Position numbers and translations under genes: made by a program | NCBI GenBank assembly: GCA_964551495.1 | Contig: CAZKCA010000004.1 | Coordinates: forward strand, 15,439 to 79,438 | Direction of reading: 5' to 3' | DNA from: an uncultured Candidatus Saccharibacteria bacterium | GTDB lineage: Bacteria > Patescibacteriota > Minisyncoccia > Phycocordibacterales > DATDWN01 | Length of the DNA stretch: 64,000 nucleotides | The notes under the pieces: model-generated | What the model was told of the DNA's origin: nothing | Database searches by the model: none | What the model saw: only the letters and a program-made list of their open reading frames with translations | In this document: piece after piece, positions 52,340 through 61,974 of the stretch | Layout: every line of letters begins with the position of its first letter | How positions within the stretch are numbered: position 1 is the first letter of the stretch

Positions 52340-52393
52340 GGAGAGTTGGCTTCAGCCCAAGGCTGATCCGCCTCGGGCGGAGAGTGGTCGAAA
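52340..52393 (+). repeat. Duplicated tRNA-Ser 5' end interrupted by a twin 15-nt hairpin
   Basis: GGAGAGTTGGCT-[TCAGCCCAAGGCTGA TCCGCCTCGGGCGGA]-GAGTGGTCGAAA vs tRNA GGAGACGTGGCTGAGTGGTCGAAA (22/24). Confidence 0.75.
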
Positions 52394-52416
52394 ACTTTTC
52401 TAACATTAATAGTCAT

Positions 52417-52662
52417 ATGTATTATGTATACATATTAAAAAGCAAAATAAATTCAAAACTATACAAAGGTTTAACTTCTGACTTGAAAAGAAGAGTTAAA
52501 GAACATTGTTCTGGAAATTCAAAATTTACTAGTGAAAATGGACCTTGGGAACTAGTTTATTATGAAGCTTTTAATAAAAAAGATGATGCGATAAGAGAAG
52601 AAAAGTTTTTAAAGTCAGGAAAAGGACGAGAAAGAATAAAATACTTGTTAAACATTAAATAA
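52417..52662 (+). CDS. Small GIY-YIG nuclease (start probably 52417)
   Basis: YYVYIL, YKGLTSDLKRRVKEH, PWELVYYEAF, A..EEKFLKSG.GR. Confidence 0.88.
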   Translation: MYYVYILKSKINSKLYKGLTSDLKRRVKEHCSGNSKFTSENGPWELVYYEAFNKKDDAIREEKFLKSGKGRERIKYLLNIK

Positions 52663-52666
52663 TTAT

Positions 52667-52753
52667 GGAGACGTGGCTGAGTGGTCGAAAGCACCTCACT
52701 GCTAACGAGGCAGGGTCTAAAAGCCCTCCAGGGTTCGAATCCCTGCGTCTCCG
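52667..52753 (+). tRNA. tRNA-Ser(GCT)
   Basis: GGAGACG/CGTCTCC-G; CTGCTAA loop; long variable arm. Confidence 0.92.
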
Positions 52754-53088
52754 CAGGAGAAATTTAACAAAGTTAAATTTAGTAGAGCAGGTTTTGTAAT
52801 CAAAACCGTCGCGAGGATTCGAAGCCCGATTGAGGTATTTTATGAGCTTACGAAATAAAATACCCAATTGGGGTACTGAAACTGTAAGTTTCGAATCCCT
52901 GCGTCTCCGCAACAGCAGATTGAGTTGAGTACATCTCAACAAAATCTGATGTCGGTAGAAGTTAGGGATGAGAAAGACGGAGGCGGTATACAAGCGAGCA
53001 AAGCGAGGCTTGTCGCCGAGTCGGGGTCGAAAGTTCTTATGAGCGGAGCGAATTAGAAACTTGTGACCGAATCCCTGCGTCTCCGCCA
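52754..53088 (+). repeat. Two tandem tRNA-Ser-linked cassettes
   Basis: CGAATCCCTGCGTCTCCGC at 52736, 52892 and 53068 (periods 156 and 176 nt); the last copy carries CCA. Confidence 0.85.
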
Positions 53089-53120
53089 AAAATAAAACAC
53101 CCTAAGGGTGTTTTATTTTT
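53088..53120. terminator. Bidirectional terminator
   Basis: AAAATAAAACACCC-TAA-GGGTGTTTTATTTT between convergent units. Confidence 0.75.
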
Positions 53121-53124
53121 TCTA

Positions 53125-55623
53125 TTATCTATTTTTTCCACCTCCTCCCCCAGAATCTGCCGCATTTTTAATAATAGAAACGGATGTTTCAGATGAATTT
53201 GAGACCGGACCAGCTTTATCAAAAGCTTCAACTTTTATGGTGTGTGTTCCTGCAGATAAGTTATTTGCAGATACACTAGCATCACACCTTGTTGTGTTGT
53301 AACAATTTTTCAAAACAACATCATTTAATTTAACTACAATTTGAGATATTCCACTAGAATCCGAAGCCGTTGAGCTTATGCTTACCTTTCCTCTAGATAC
53401 AGTTGTTCCATTTGTAGGTTTGCTTATTTTTACAACAGGAGGAGTGACATCTGAAGTCTGAACACTAATAGATGCAGATGCAGATGTTTTGTAACTAGTA
53501 AATGAGCTATTTTGGGCTGTTTGAGTGATTGTGTAAGACGTCCCTGTTAAAGTAGTAGGAAGAGTAACTATCAAAGATCCTGTTATGGATTGACCGCTAG
53601 CCAAAGAATGACTTATTGAGCTAGGTGTCTGTGTAAATCCGGAAGGTAAAGTAGGTATTACAGAATATGTCTGATTTGGACAATTTGAAGAATTGTTATT
53701 TTTAAGTGTATAACTAAATGATGTGGATTGGCCGGCAAAAAGAGAAGCTGAGGTAGGTGTCATGGTAAAAGAAGGATTTGTCTGAGTGCATGGCAATTCA
53801 CCAAAAGTTACATTTACAGTTGCCCCAGTAGTAGCAACAGCAACATTTGTAATACTTATAGACTTTGATGAGTCTGTAAATGTCCTACCTACTGCCAAAG
53901 GAGCATCGTCAAATACACTTGTACTAGGAACAGTATCTATCAACTTACTTTTATCAACAACATTGTAATCTGAAGCAATTCTTATTATTAATCCATTTGT
54001 AGCATAAGAACTGATATTTGCATCAAAACCTATTGGTTGACGGAATTCAACATAATAATAATCAAGAGGTTTACCATCTGATCCAATGTTTCTTGGGATC
54101 CTAAGAGATTGTATCCCTGATGAAGAAGATTCAATTGGAACCAAAGTATAATTACCACCAGAGTTTCTATCTAAAGTTTTTGTGTTTGTTGAATTTAGCC
54201 AATTTAAAGAATAGACGGTAGTTCCTTTATTATAGTTGCTCATATGTTTCCAACTACTAGATCTACCCATTACATTATACATATCTCCATACTCACCTAA
54301 GCTACAATTATAATTTTCACTTATAGAAACAGGAACACCTCCTTCAGTACAAGACCAGGAACTTGCATGATGAGCACCTAAATTGTGTCCTATTTCGTGC
54401 ATTATAGTACCCTGTGCAGTGGTATTTATCCATGAAGAAGCAGGTGCTCCTCCAATATTTCCTAACCCAGACCAACCGCAAGAAGACAGGTATGGAAATA
54501 TATACATTTTCATATCATAACCAGTCAAATCTACGCCAGAATTTCTTAATTGAGTATCAGCTGCATTGGACCATGTTCTATACATTGAACTACAGCTAGT
54601 ATTATCGTAAGGAATTGTTACATAACCATAAACATCACCATCAGTATTGTTTTTACCTACCAAATCCATTTTACCGAAAGAATTTTCTCTATAATATGCT
54701 CTAGCTGAATTTGGATTTGTAAAAATAGTAGCCCTCGCACTATCTACTGTAAATGATGTCCTAGTATCATTCTGCCAATTGATAAGTATAACTGCCAACT
54801 TCTTTTTTACAGGTGTTGTAGTTTGAGCTTCTGCCTTATTTAACTTAAACAAACTAGATATTTTTGAAAAAAATTTCTCTAATTTAGAGTCTTTTTGATT
54901 AACAGAGACACCTTTACTTCTGTTAGGAGAAGATATCAAATTTATTAAGTTTTCACTTGTTGCAATATTATCATCCAAAACAACACCATCTATAGTTACA
55001 AGATCATCAGTCATAAGGTTTGGCTCACCTTTCATATAAACTTTATATCTTTTATTTGTTTTCTCTTCAGTCAAATAAAATTCATCTACAGAAAATCCTG
55101 TGTCATAATCCCCATAGTGGACAACTAGGTACTCGAATTTTCCTGAAACCTTTTTCCTTTCTTCCAAATTTTTTATTGCATCAGCTGACCCTCCCTTAAC
55201 AACATTTGATGACAAAGTATTACTCAATACATAATCCGGGTCATTTTTCATCTTGTCCAATACCAAGTCTTTCCTTAGCAGGACATACTCATTTATTCTT
55301 TTGGCTGCAACTGGTTTTTTATTAGCAGGGGCTAATTTTACTTCATTGACTAAATTTAATATGACAACATTATAATCCTCAATTTTCTTAAAAGGAGGAA
55401 CTGTTATATTTTCATCTGAAGTTTCTTCGGTTGCTATAACATTAGCAAGAAGATTCCTTTCCTCATATAAAGATCCTATGTCTATAGCGTAGAGTAATAC
55501 AAAAGATAATAATGTTGATGTAATCAAAAACAAACCCCAGTGAACTTTATTGTAATTTTCATTATTATGAATACTTGAATAAAGTTTGCTAGATTCTAAT
55601 AATTTATTGTGGATTTTTTTCAT
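53125..55623 (-). CDS. Secreted/anchored zinc metalloprotease (M11-like) with Ig-like C-terminal domains
   Basis: HEIGHNLGAHH, EYGD...VMG, YYYVEFRQ..GFD; C-terminal DVTPPVV.I..P Ig domain. Confidence 0.8.
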   Translation of the reverse strand: MKKIHNKLLESSKLYSSIHNNENYNKVHWGLFLITSTLLSFVLLYAIDIGSLYEERNLLANVIATEETSDENITVPPFKKIEDYNVVILNLVNEVKLAPANKKPVAAKRINEYVLLRKDLVLDKMKNDPDYVLSNTLSSNVVKGGSADAIKNLEERKKVSGKFEYLVVHYGDYDTGFSVDEFYLTEEKTNKRYKVYMKGEPNLMTDDLVTIDGVVLDDNIATSENLINLISSPNRSKGVSVNQKDSKLEKFFSKISSLFKLNKAEAQTTTPVKKKLAVILINWQNDTRTSFTVDSARATIFTNPNSARAYYRENSFGKMDLVGKNNTDGDVYGYVTIPYDNTSCSSMYRTWSNAADTQLRNSGVDLTGYDMKMYIFPYLSSCGWSGLGNIGGAPASSWINTTAQGTIMHEIGHNLGAHHASSWSCTEGGVPVSISENYNCSLGEYGDMYNVMGRSSSWKHMSNYNKGTTVYSLNWLNSTNTKTLDRNSGGNYTLVPIESSSSGIQSLRIPRNIGSDGKPLDYYYVEFRQPIGFDANISSYATNGLIIRIASDYNVVDKSKLIDTVPSTSVFDDAPLAVGRTFTDSSKSISITNVAVATTGATVNVTFGELPCTQTNPSFTMTPTSASLFAGQSTSFSYTLKNNNSSNCPNQTYSVIPTLPSGFTQTPSSISHSLASGQSITGSLIVTLPTTLTGTSYTITQTAQNSSFTSYKTSASASISVQTSDVTPPVVKISKPTNGTTVSRGKVSISSTASDSSGISQIVVKLNDVVLKNCYNTTRCDASVSANNLSAGTHTIKVEAFDKAGPVSNSSETSVSIIKNAADSGGGGGKNR

Positions 55624-55742
55624 GTTATTATATTAATAATACCTTTTGGTTAATTATATACCTTTTTGAATGTATTAATAAAACCTATACACAGTTCACA
55701 GCAAAGTTAGACAAACTTTCTCATTTTTCATACAATTAGTAT

Positions 55743-56348
55743 ATGAAAAATCCTATGTTTATCTTATTTATATTTATTTTAATAGTTATTGTTATTTCAG
55801 CCTTCTTCTTTTTTGGACAAACAAAAACTGCATCCTTAACAAATGAACCCATGAAAGAAGTTAGCCCAAACACACCTTTTGAAATGTCCCCTGGAGAAAC
55901 GGCAAAAATGGGAGAATTAACCTTGACCTATAATAACCTTCAACTTCCTCCCCCATCTTTCCAAGGCAATAAAGATGAATACACATATCCTCAATTTACA
56001 GCCTTAGAAAAAGAAGATAAATACAGATTTGCCCTAAGCTCACAGTTTAACTCACAATACTATCATGATTACCTTATTAGACTTCTAGAAAGAGATGGAG
56101 AAAAAATAAAAGTAACAATTGAAAAAGCCCCATCAACAAACAAGATACCTGAATATGTTGCTGTTAAAAAAGCTTTGGAGGTAGCAAAAGAAGCTAACGC
56201 TCCGATGCCAGAAGCAAGATTAAGAATTTTGGAGAAAAACGTTTGGAAAATTGAAATGTCACTTGGTCCAACAGATTCATATATGATGGTAGAAATAGAT
56301 GCTATTACAGGTGAAGTTATAAAATCTGAAAGACAAAACAGAGTATAG
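55743..56348 (+). CDS. Membrane-anchored protein with C-terminal PepSY-like domain
   Basis: N-terminal TM; A...A, W.IE, VEIDAITGEVI. Confidence 0.65.
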   Translation: MKNPMFILFIFILIVIVISAFFFFGQTKTASLTNEPMKEVSPNTPFEMSPGETAKMGELTLTYNNLQLPPPSFQGNKDEYTYPQFTALEKEDKYRFALSSQFNSQYYHDYLIRLLERDGEKIKVTIEKAPSTNKIPEYVAVKKALEVAKEANAPMPEARLRILEKNVWKIEMSLGPTDSYMMVEIDAITGEVIKSERQNRV

Positions 56349-56379
56349 AAAAAGCGACGGCCTCCCGTCGCTTTTTAGT

Positions 56380-56487
56380 TTACTTTGTTTGTTTATTTTC
56401 TGGAGGTGACACCTCCTCTTTTGGTTTTTCCTGTTCTTTTCTCCAAGGACACCTTGGGCGACGCCTTGGTTTGTGATTTTGAGACAA
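56380..56487 (-). CDS. Orphan micro-gene, 35 aa, TTG start (MSQNHKPRRRPRCPW...)
   Basis: TGTTAGAAT -10, AAAGGGGTG SD-like motif, hairpin AAAGCGACGG/CCGTCGCTTT after the stop. Confidence 0.4.
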   Translation of the reverse strand: MSQNHKPRRRPRCPWRKEQEKPKEEVSPPENKQTK

Positions 56488-56555
56488 AAAACACCCCTTT
56501 CCTCTAAAATTCTAACACAAAATAAATAAAATAAAATCTGATATAATAGCCCAGT

Positions 56556-57755
56556 ATGAAAAAAGACATAAAAACCATTATCACCTCAGAGGAAAGAAGA
56601 CAAAATGAAACAATAAATCTAATTGCCTCTGAAAACTACCCTAGCAAAGAAGTAAGGAGTCTTTCTGCTTCTATTTTTTCTTCAAAATACGCTGAAGGAT
56701 ACCCAGGAAAAAGGTACTACGCAGGTTGTCAAAATATAGATGAGATGGAAATACTTGCAATTGAACTGACTAAAAAAGTTTTTAAAGTAAAGTTTGCCAA
56801 TGTTCAACCTCACTCAGGTAGCAATGCAAATTTAGCTGCCTATTTTTCAATCTTAGAACAAGGAGATAAAATATTGGCTCCTAGACTTGATTGTGGAGGA
56901 CATTTAACTCATGGTTCCCCTGCCAGTATAACCTCAAAAATCTGGAAATTTGAACATTATGGAGTAAATGAAGAAGGTCTTTTTGATTATGAAAATATAC
57001 TAAAACTAGCTAAAAAATTTAAACCAAAACTAATAATAGCTGGGACAAGTGCCTACCCGATTTCTATTGATTGGAAAAGATTTAGACAAATAGCTGATCA
57101 CGTTGGAGCATTCCTTTTGGCAGATATAGCTCACCTATCAGGATTAATAGCTGGAGGTAAACATAAAAACCCTAGTCAGTTTGCCGACATTATAACAACA
57201 ACAACCCAAAAAACTCTTCGTGGTCCCCGTGGAGGAATAATAATGACAAATAAAGAAGACTTGGCTAAAAAAATAGACCGCACTATATTCCCCAAACTTC
57301 AGGGTGGACCGCATATGCACACCATTTCGGCAAAAGCCCAATCTTTGAAAGAAGTGGATTCAAACCAGTTTAAAAAATACATAGACCAAGTAATAAAAAA
57401 TTCAAAAACAATACATAATGAACTAAAAGATCTAGGTTGTGTTATGTGGTCTAGCAAAACAGAAACTCATTTAACAAACGTAAACACAATAAAATCATTT
57501 GGGATCTCAGGTAGAGAAGCTGAAGAAAGATTAGAAAAAATGGGAATAATAGTAAACCGTGAAGCGTTCCCTTATGACAAAACACCTCCAACAGAAACTT
57601 CTGGAATAAGAATAGGTACCCCGGCTATGACCACAAGAGGAATGAAAGAAAAAGAAATGAAAATAGTAGCCAAATTAATATTTGATATACTTAAAGGTGG
57701 AGAAAATAAGAGTAAAGAAGTTATAAAACTGGCCAAAAAATTCCCTTTGAAATAA
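56556..57755 (+). CDS. glyA: Serine hydroxymethyltransferase
   Basis: LIASEN, KYAEGYPGKRYY.G, NVQPHSG, GGHLTHG, KTLRGPRGG, SGIRIGTPAMTTRG. Confidence 0.95.
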   Translation: MKKDIKTIITSEERRQNETINLIASENYPSKEVRSLSASIFSSKYAEGYPGKRYYAGCQNIDEMEILAIELTKKVFKVKFANVQPHSGSNANLAAYFSILEQGDKILAPRLDCGGHLTHGSPASITSKIWKFEHYGVNEEGLFDYENILKLAKKFKPKLIIAGTSAYPISIDWKRFRQIADHVGAFLLADIAHLSGLIAGGKHKNPSQFADIITTTTQKTLRGPRGGIIMTNKEDLAKKIDRTIFPKLQGGPHMHTISAKAQSLKEVDSNQFKKYIDQVIKNSKTIHNELKDLGCVMWSSKTETHLTNVNTIKSFGISGREAEERLEKMGIIVNREAFPYDKTPPTETSGIRIGTPAMTTRGMKEKEMKIVAKLIFDILKGGENKSKEVIKLAKKFPLK

Positions 57756-57779
57756 ATTAAAATATAGTAAAATAAAAAA

Positions 57780-58022
57780 ATGAAAAAAATAATAATACTT
57801 ATAATAATATTATTAGCCTTGTGGGGAGGTTATGAATATTTTACAAAAGATAGCTCACCTGTTAGCGAAATACCAAGTAGAACAGATGAAATAATGTGTA
57901 CCATGGACGCTAGAATGTGCCCAGATGGTTCTTATGTAGGGAGACAGGGTCCAGATTGTCAATTCCAACTATGTCCAGATGGAAGTGATGTAAATGACCA
58001 AAATCCAGAAATTGTGCAGTAA
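57780..58022 (+). CDS. Small secreted Cys-motif protein
   Basis: Signal anchor; CTMDARMCPDGSYVGR.GP.C.F..CP. Confidence 0.7.
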   Translation: MKKIIILIIILLALWGGYEYFTKDSSPVSEIPSRTDEIMCTMDARMCPDGSYVGRQGPDCQFQLCPDGSDVNDQNPEIVQ

Positions 58023-58058
58023 ATAAAATAAAGACCCTTAAGGGTCTTTATTTTATTT
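58021..58058. terminator. Palindromic terminator
   Basis: AAATAAAATAAAGACCCTT/AAGGGTCTTTATTTTATTT. Confidence 0.7.
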
Positions 58059-58078
58059 TTATAGTAGAATAACAGATT

Positions 58079-60235
58079 ATGGAACTCGATTCAGTATTGA
58101 TAAAAGAATTTAGATTATCTGAGATACAAAAAAAGGCTCTCAAAAAACTTGGCTTAGAAACCTTAGAAGATTTGTTATACCACTTCCCTGTAAGATACGG
58201 CGATACCAGCCAAGTCAAAAACATAGAAACTTTATCTAAAGGAGAAAATGCTACCATATTTGGAAAAATATCTGGACTAAAAACATCAAAAGCTTTTATA
58301 AAGAAAATCCCCATGTCTGAAGCCACAATCACAGACGACACAGGAAGCATAAAGTCTATTTGGTTCAATCAGCCCTATATAGCAAAAATGCACCATGAAG
58401 GACAATTGGTTAGGGTTGAAGGAAAAGTGACAGAAAGAAAAGGTTTTCTTTACTTAAGCAACCCAAAAATAGAAAGTGTAAAAACTATTCCTACTGCAGT
58501 CGGAGAATCATTATTTGGAGTAGGTCATGATGAGCACTCTCTCTATCCAGTCTATCCAGAAAGCAAAGGAATAACTTCGGAGTGGATATATTTCGCTATA
58601 CAAAAAATATTTAGTAATGGCATATTGGAAAAAATAAATGATCCTATCCCAGAAGAAATTTTAAACAAATACCACCTACCAAATTTAAAAACATCTATCA
58701 TATGGATACATACACCAAAAAAAACAGAGGATGCCCTTTCGGCAAGAAAAAGATTTGCATTCCAAGAAATATTTTTTATCCAGATCAAAAAACAAAAAGA
58801 AAGAGCTTCTTGGAAAGATAAAAAATCTTTCAAAATAATTCCTGATAAAAAATTATTAGAAGAATTTATTAAAAAATTCCCGTTTAAACCAACTGATTCT
58901 CAAATAAATGGAATAAACACTATCATTTCAGATTTCAATAAAGATTATCCAATGTCTCGACTACTTGAAGGAGATGTTGGGTCTGGAAAAACAGCCATAG
59001 CCGCAACAACAATATTTGCCATAACAAAAACAAGGCCTGAAAATAAAGATTATGGTAACCTGCAAAGCGCTTATATGGTCCCTACTGAAATTTTGGCCAA
59101 ACAACACTACGAAAATTTTATATCTTACTTTAAACATCTACCTATAAAAATTGGCCTTATAACAGGAAGTGAATGTAAAATATTCCCTTCCAAAATAGAC
59201 AAAAACAAACCTACCAAAATATCCAAACCTCAACTTTTAAAATGGGTGGCAAATGGAGAAGTCCCTATTTTAATCGGAACTCATGCATTAATACAAAAAA
59301 CTGTTAAGTTTAAACACTTGGCCTACGTTGTTATAGATGAACAGCACCGTTTTGGGACAATGCAGAGACAAAAATTAACCCAAAAAAATGAATTGACTCC
59401 TCATCTACTTTCAATGACAGCCACTCCTATACCTAGAACACTATCCCTAACAATATACGGAGATTTAGACCTAACGCTTCTTGAAGGAATGCCTCTAGGT
59501 AGAAAACCTGTCATCACAAAAATTATTTTACCCACCGAAAGAAAAAATACATATGATGAAATAAAAAAAGAACTCCAAAACGGAAGACAGCTTTATGTAA
59601 TATGTCCAAGAATAAATGAACCAGACCCTACAAAAGAAATGGCACTGAATGCCAAGTCAGTTGTAGAAGAAGCCAAAAGACTAAAGCAGGATGTTTTCAA
59701 AGATTATTCTATAGATATATTACATTCCAAGATGACCCCTCTTGAAAAAGAAAAGGTTATGGAAAAATTTTCAAATAAAAAGACCGACATCTTGGTAGCT
59801 ACTTCTGTAGTAGAAGTTGGAGTAAATGTACCAAATGCAACAATGATAATAATAGAAGGTGCAGAAAGATTTGGACTTTCTCAACTTCACCAACTAAGAG
59901 GAAGAGTTATAAGATCTAACCACCAAGCTTATTGTTATGTTTTCACAGAAAGTAAAAGTCAAAAAACCAAAGAAAGACTAAAAGCTTTGACTGAAGCCAA
60001 AAATGGTTTTGAACTAGCTGAGTTTGATTTATCCCAAAGAGGGTCAGGAACACTTTATAGTGGAAAACAATGGGGTGTATCTGATGTTGCAATGGAAGGA
60101 TTAAAAAACATAAAACTTGTAGAATTGGCCAGAAAAGAAGCAACCGAAATAGTAGAAAAAGATCCCACTCTTTCAAAATACCCCTCAATAAAAAAATACA
60201 TTGAATCTATAAAAGAAGAAATTCATATGGAATGA
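58079..60235 (+). CDS. recG: ATP-dependent DNA helicase RecG
   Basis: RLLEGDVGSGKT, DEQHRFG, MTATPIPRTL, AERFGLSQLHQLRGRV. Confidence 0.96.
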   Translation: MELDSVLIKEFRLSEIQKKALKKLGLETLEDLLYHFPVRYGDTSQVKNIETLSKGENATIFGKISGLKTSKAFIKKIPMSEATITDDTGSIKSIWFNQPYIAKMHHEGQLVRVEGKVTERKGFLYLSNPKIESVKTIPTAVGESLFGVGHDEHSLYPVYPESKGITSEWIYFAIQKIFSNGILEKINDPIPEEILNKYHLPNLKTSIIWIHTPKKTEDALSARKRFAFQEIFFIQIKKQKERASWKDKKSFKIIPDKKLLEEFIKKFPFKPTDSQINGINTIISDFNKDYPMSRLLEGDVGSGKTAIAATTIFAITKTRPENKDYGNLQSAYMVPTEILAKQHYENFISYFKHLPIKIGLITGSECKIFPSKIDKNKPTKISKPQLLKWVANGEVPILIGTHALIQKTVKFKHLAYVVIDEQHRFGTMQRQKLTQKNELTPHLLSMTATPIPRTLSLTIYGDLDLTLLEGMPLGRKPVITKIILPTERKNTYDEIKKELQNGRQLYVICPRINEPDPTKEMALNAKSVVEEAKRLKQDVFKDYSIDILHSKMTPLEKEKVMEKFSNKKTDILVATSVVEVGVNVPNATMIIIEGAERFGLSQLHQLRGRVIRSNHQAYCYVFTESKSQKTKERLKALTEAKNGFELAEFDLSQRGSGTLYSGKQWGVSDVAMEGLKNIKLVELARKEATEIVEKDPTLSKYPSIKKYIESIKEEIHME

Positions 60236-60247
60236 TAAAAGCGGAGG

Positions 60248-60412
60248 TTATTCCTCCGCTTTGGTTTCCAGTTTGTAAACTGGTTGTTCTTCTGGTTCTG
60301 ATGAAGAAAATTTTTTAAATTTCTTCATCAATCCTTCGTAGCAAACAGCACACTCCCCTTCGGAAGTGACTGCGGGCGCTTGCCCGCAGGAATTACAATA
60401 AGGTACTGGCAT
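60248..60412 (-). CDS. Orphan micro-gene, 54 aa, CxxC...CxxC (MPVPYCNSCGQAPAVTSEGECAVCYEG...)
   Basis: AGGAGG SD; stop codon in the loop of terminator AAAGCGGAGG/CCTCCGCTTT. Confidence 0.6.
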   Translation of the reverse strand: MPVPYCNSCGQAPAVTSEGECAVCYEGLMKKFKKFSSSEPEEQPVYKLETKAEE

Positions 60413-60433
60413 ACTGCCTCCTCTCACATTAAA

Positions 60434-61696
60434 TCACATATCTAGAATTTGCTCAATTTTAATCCCTCGAGAACCTTTCAAAAGAAAAGTGAATCCTTTA
60501 AAATCCTCTCTATTAAACCACTCTTTAGCTTCTTCTGAGTTAGTAAACCATTTATACTCAAATGAATCATCTAAAACTTCCTTAAAATTTGGTCCAACAA
60601 AAATCACTGTATCAAAATTGTATTCCCTTACCTGATCTACTATTTTTTTGTGTTCTTCTTTTGAGTATTTTCCTAGCTCAAGCATATCACCTAAAATAAC
60701 ACCCTTTGGTTTTTGAAAAGATTTTGCAAAACTTTCCAAAGATAATTTCATGCTAGAAGGATTTGCATTGTAACAATCCAAAACAAAAGTATTTCCATCT
60801 TTTTCCAAAAGTTCTGACCTTTTTGTAAATGGTTTTAATTGGGATAAAGTTTCTAAAGCTTGATGTAGGTCTATGTTGAAATACTTAGCCAAAGAAAGAG
60901 TGAGTTGTATATTTGAAATATTATAATCCCCTATTAAATTTGTAACGTAATCATTTTCTTCAAAATTTATTTTCAAATATTTTTCATTTGAATAAGAAAG
61001 TTCAAATTCCGGATACAAAATCCTTTTTAGTTTATAAGAATCCTCTACTAAATCTTCTAAATTTTTGTTAACAAAGGCTAGGACTTCATTTTCATAGGCC
61101 CAATTGTATATTTCTTTGTTTGCTTCTCGGACACCTTCTGGAGAACCAAAACCCTCTAAATGATCCATTCCATTATTTGTAACCACAACTATTGTGGGCT
61201 CTAGTATTTTTAAAAGCTTTGTGTGTTCACCTTTATGATTTGCGCCTATTTCAAAAACACCAATTTCAGAATCTTTTGGTATTTGCAAAATAGAAAGAGG
61301 AAGTCCTATGTGATTATTTAAGTTTTCTTTTGTTACATAAGTTTTGTATTTTGTTTTCAAAACTTCTCCTACAAGTTCTCGACTGGTTGTTTTGCCATTT
61401 GATCCTCCTATAACTATTATTGGAATATTAAATTCTTTTCTGTATTTGTTGGCTACAAATTGCAAAGTTTCTAAAACATCAGAAACTAAATATATTTTAT
61501 CCCCTACTTTTTCTGGATTATCTGTGACAGAGGCGATAGCTCCTTTAGATAGAGCTTCTTTTACAAAATTGTTTCCATCAAAATTTTCTCCTTTTAGAGC
61601 AAAATAGACAGATCCAACAAGGTCTTTTCTGGTGTCTGTTGAGATTTTGAAATTGTTTTCTTGCAGTTTCTGCCAAATAGGCGAAATGTCGTTCAT
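60434..61696 (-). CDS. murF: UDP-MurNAc-tripeptide:D-Ala-D-Ala ligase
   Basis: TDTR, GSNGKTT, NLNNHIGLP, EIGANH.GE, DCYNANPSSM, LGDMLELG, KGSRG. Confidence 0.93.
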   Translation of the reverse strand: MNDISPIWQKLQENNFKISTDTRKDLVGSVYFALKGENFDGNNFVKEALSKGAIASVTDNPEKVGDKIYLVSDVLETLQFVANKYRKEFNIPIIVIGGSNGKTTSRELVGEVLKTKYKTYVTKENLNNHIGLPLSILQIPKDSEIGVFEIGANHKGEHTKLLKILEPTIVVVTNNGMDHLEGFGSPEGVREANKEIYNWAYENEVLAFVNKNLEDLVEDSYKLKRILYPEFELSYSNEKYLKINFEENDYVTNLIGDYNISNIQLTLSLAKYFNIDLHQALETLSQLKPFTKRSELLEKDGNTFVLDCYNANPSSMKLSLESFAKSFQKPKGVILGDMLELGKYSKEEHKKIVDQVREYNFDTVIFVGPNFKEVLDDSFEYKWFTNSEEAKEWFNREDFKGFTFLLKGSRGIKIEQILDM

Positions 61697-61724
61697 AGGG
61701 GTATTATACAGATGATTTTAAAAA

Positions 61725-61895
61725 GGCACACCAGGATTCGACCCTTACAGGGTCAGTACTGAGCACCAGGACTCTCCCTCGAAATTTTTTCGTCGCCACT
61801 CAAAAATTTCTGGGCACCGGTTTGTCGACAAACTCTGGTGAGTTTGTAAACCGACAAACCGTTCGAATCCTTAATACAAAGCTACGCTTTGTACT
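61725..61895 (-). repeat. tRNA-Ile-linked hairpin cassette (module B plus tail of module A)
   Basis: Inverted T-arm copy 61861-61871; module B 61818-61861; TACTGACCCTGTAAGGGTCGAATCCTGG at 61731-61758. Confidence 0.8.
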
Positions 61896-61901
61896 TACGT
61901 G

Positions 61902-61974
61902 TGCACGTACCAGGATTCGAACCTGGGACCGGTCGTGTATAAGACGACTGCTCTACCAACTGAGCTATACGTGC
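61902..61974 (-). tRNA. tRNA-Ile(TAT)
   Basis: GCACGTA/TACGTGC-A; GTCGT-CTTATAC-ACGAC anticodon arm; TTCGAAT T-loop. Confidence 0.85.

Noticed and set aside
52734-53088. CRISPR array
   Set aside because: The repeat is the tRNA-Ser 3' end, the spacers are 135-155 nt and structured, there are only three copies, and the window has no cas genes.
52655-53302. ORFs 52655-53089(-), 53037-53231(-) and 53108-53302(+)
   Set aside because: They overlap tRNA-Ser, its repeats or the protease gene; the repeated LLRRRRDS simply reflects the DNA repeat.
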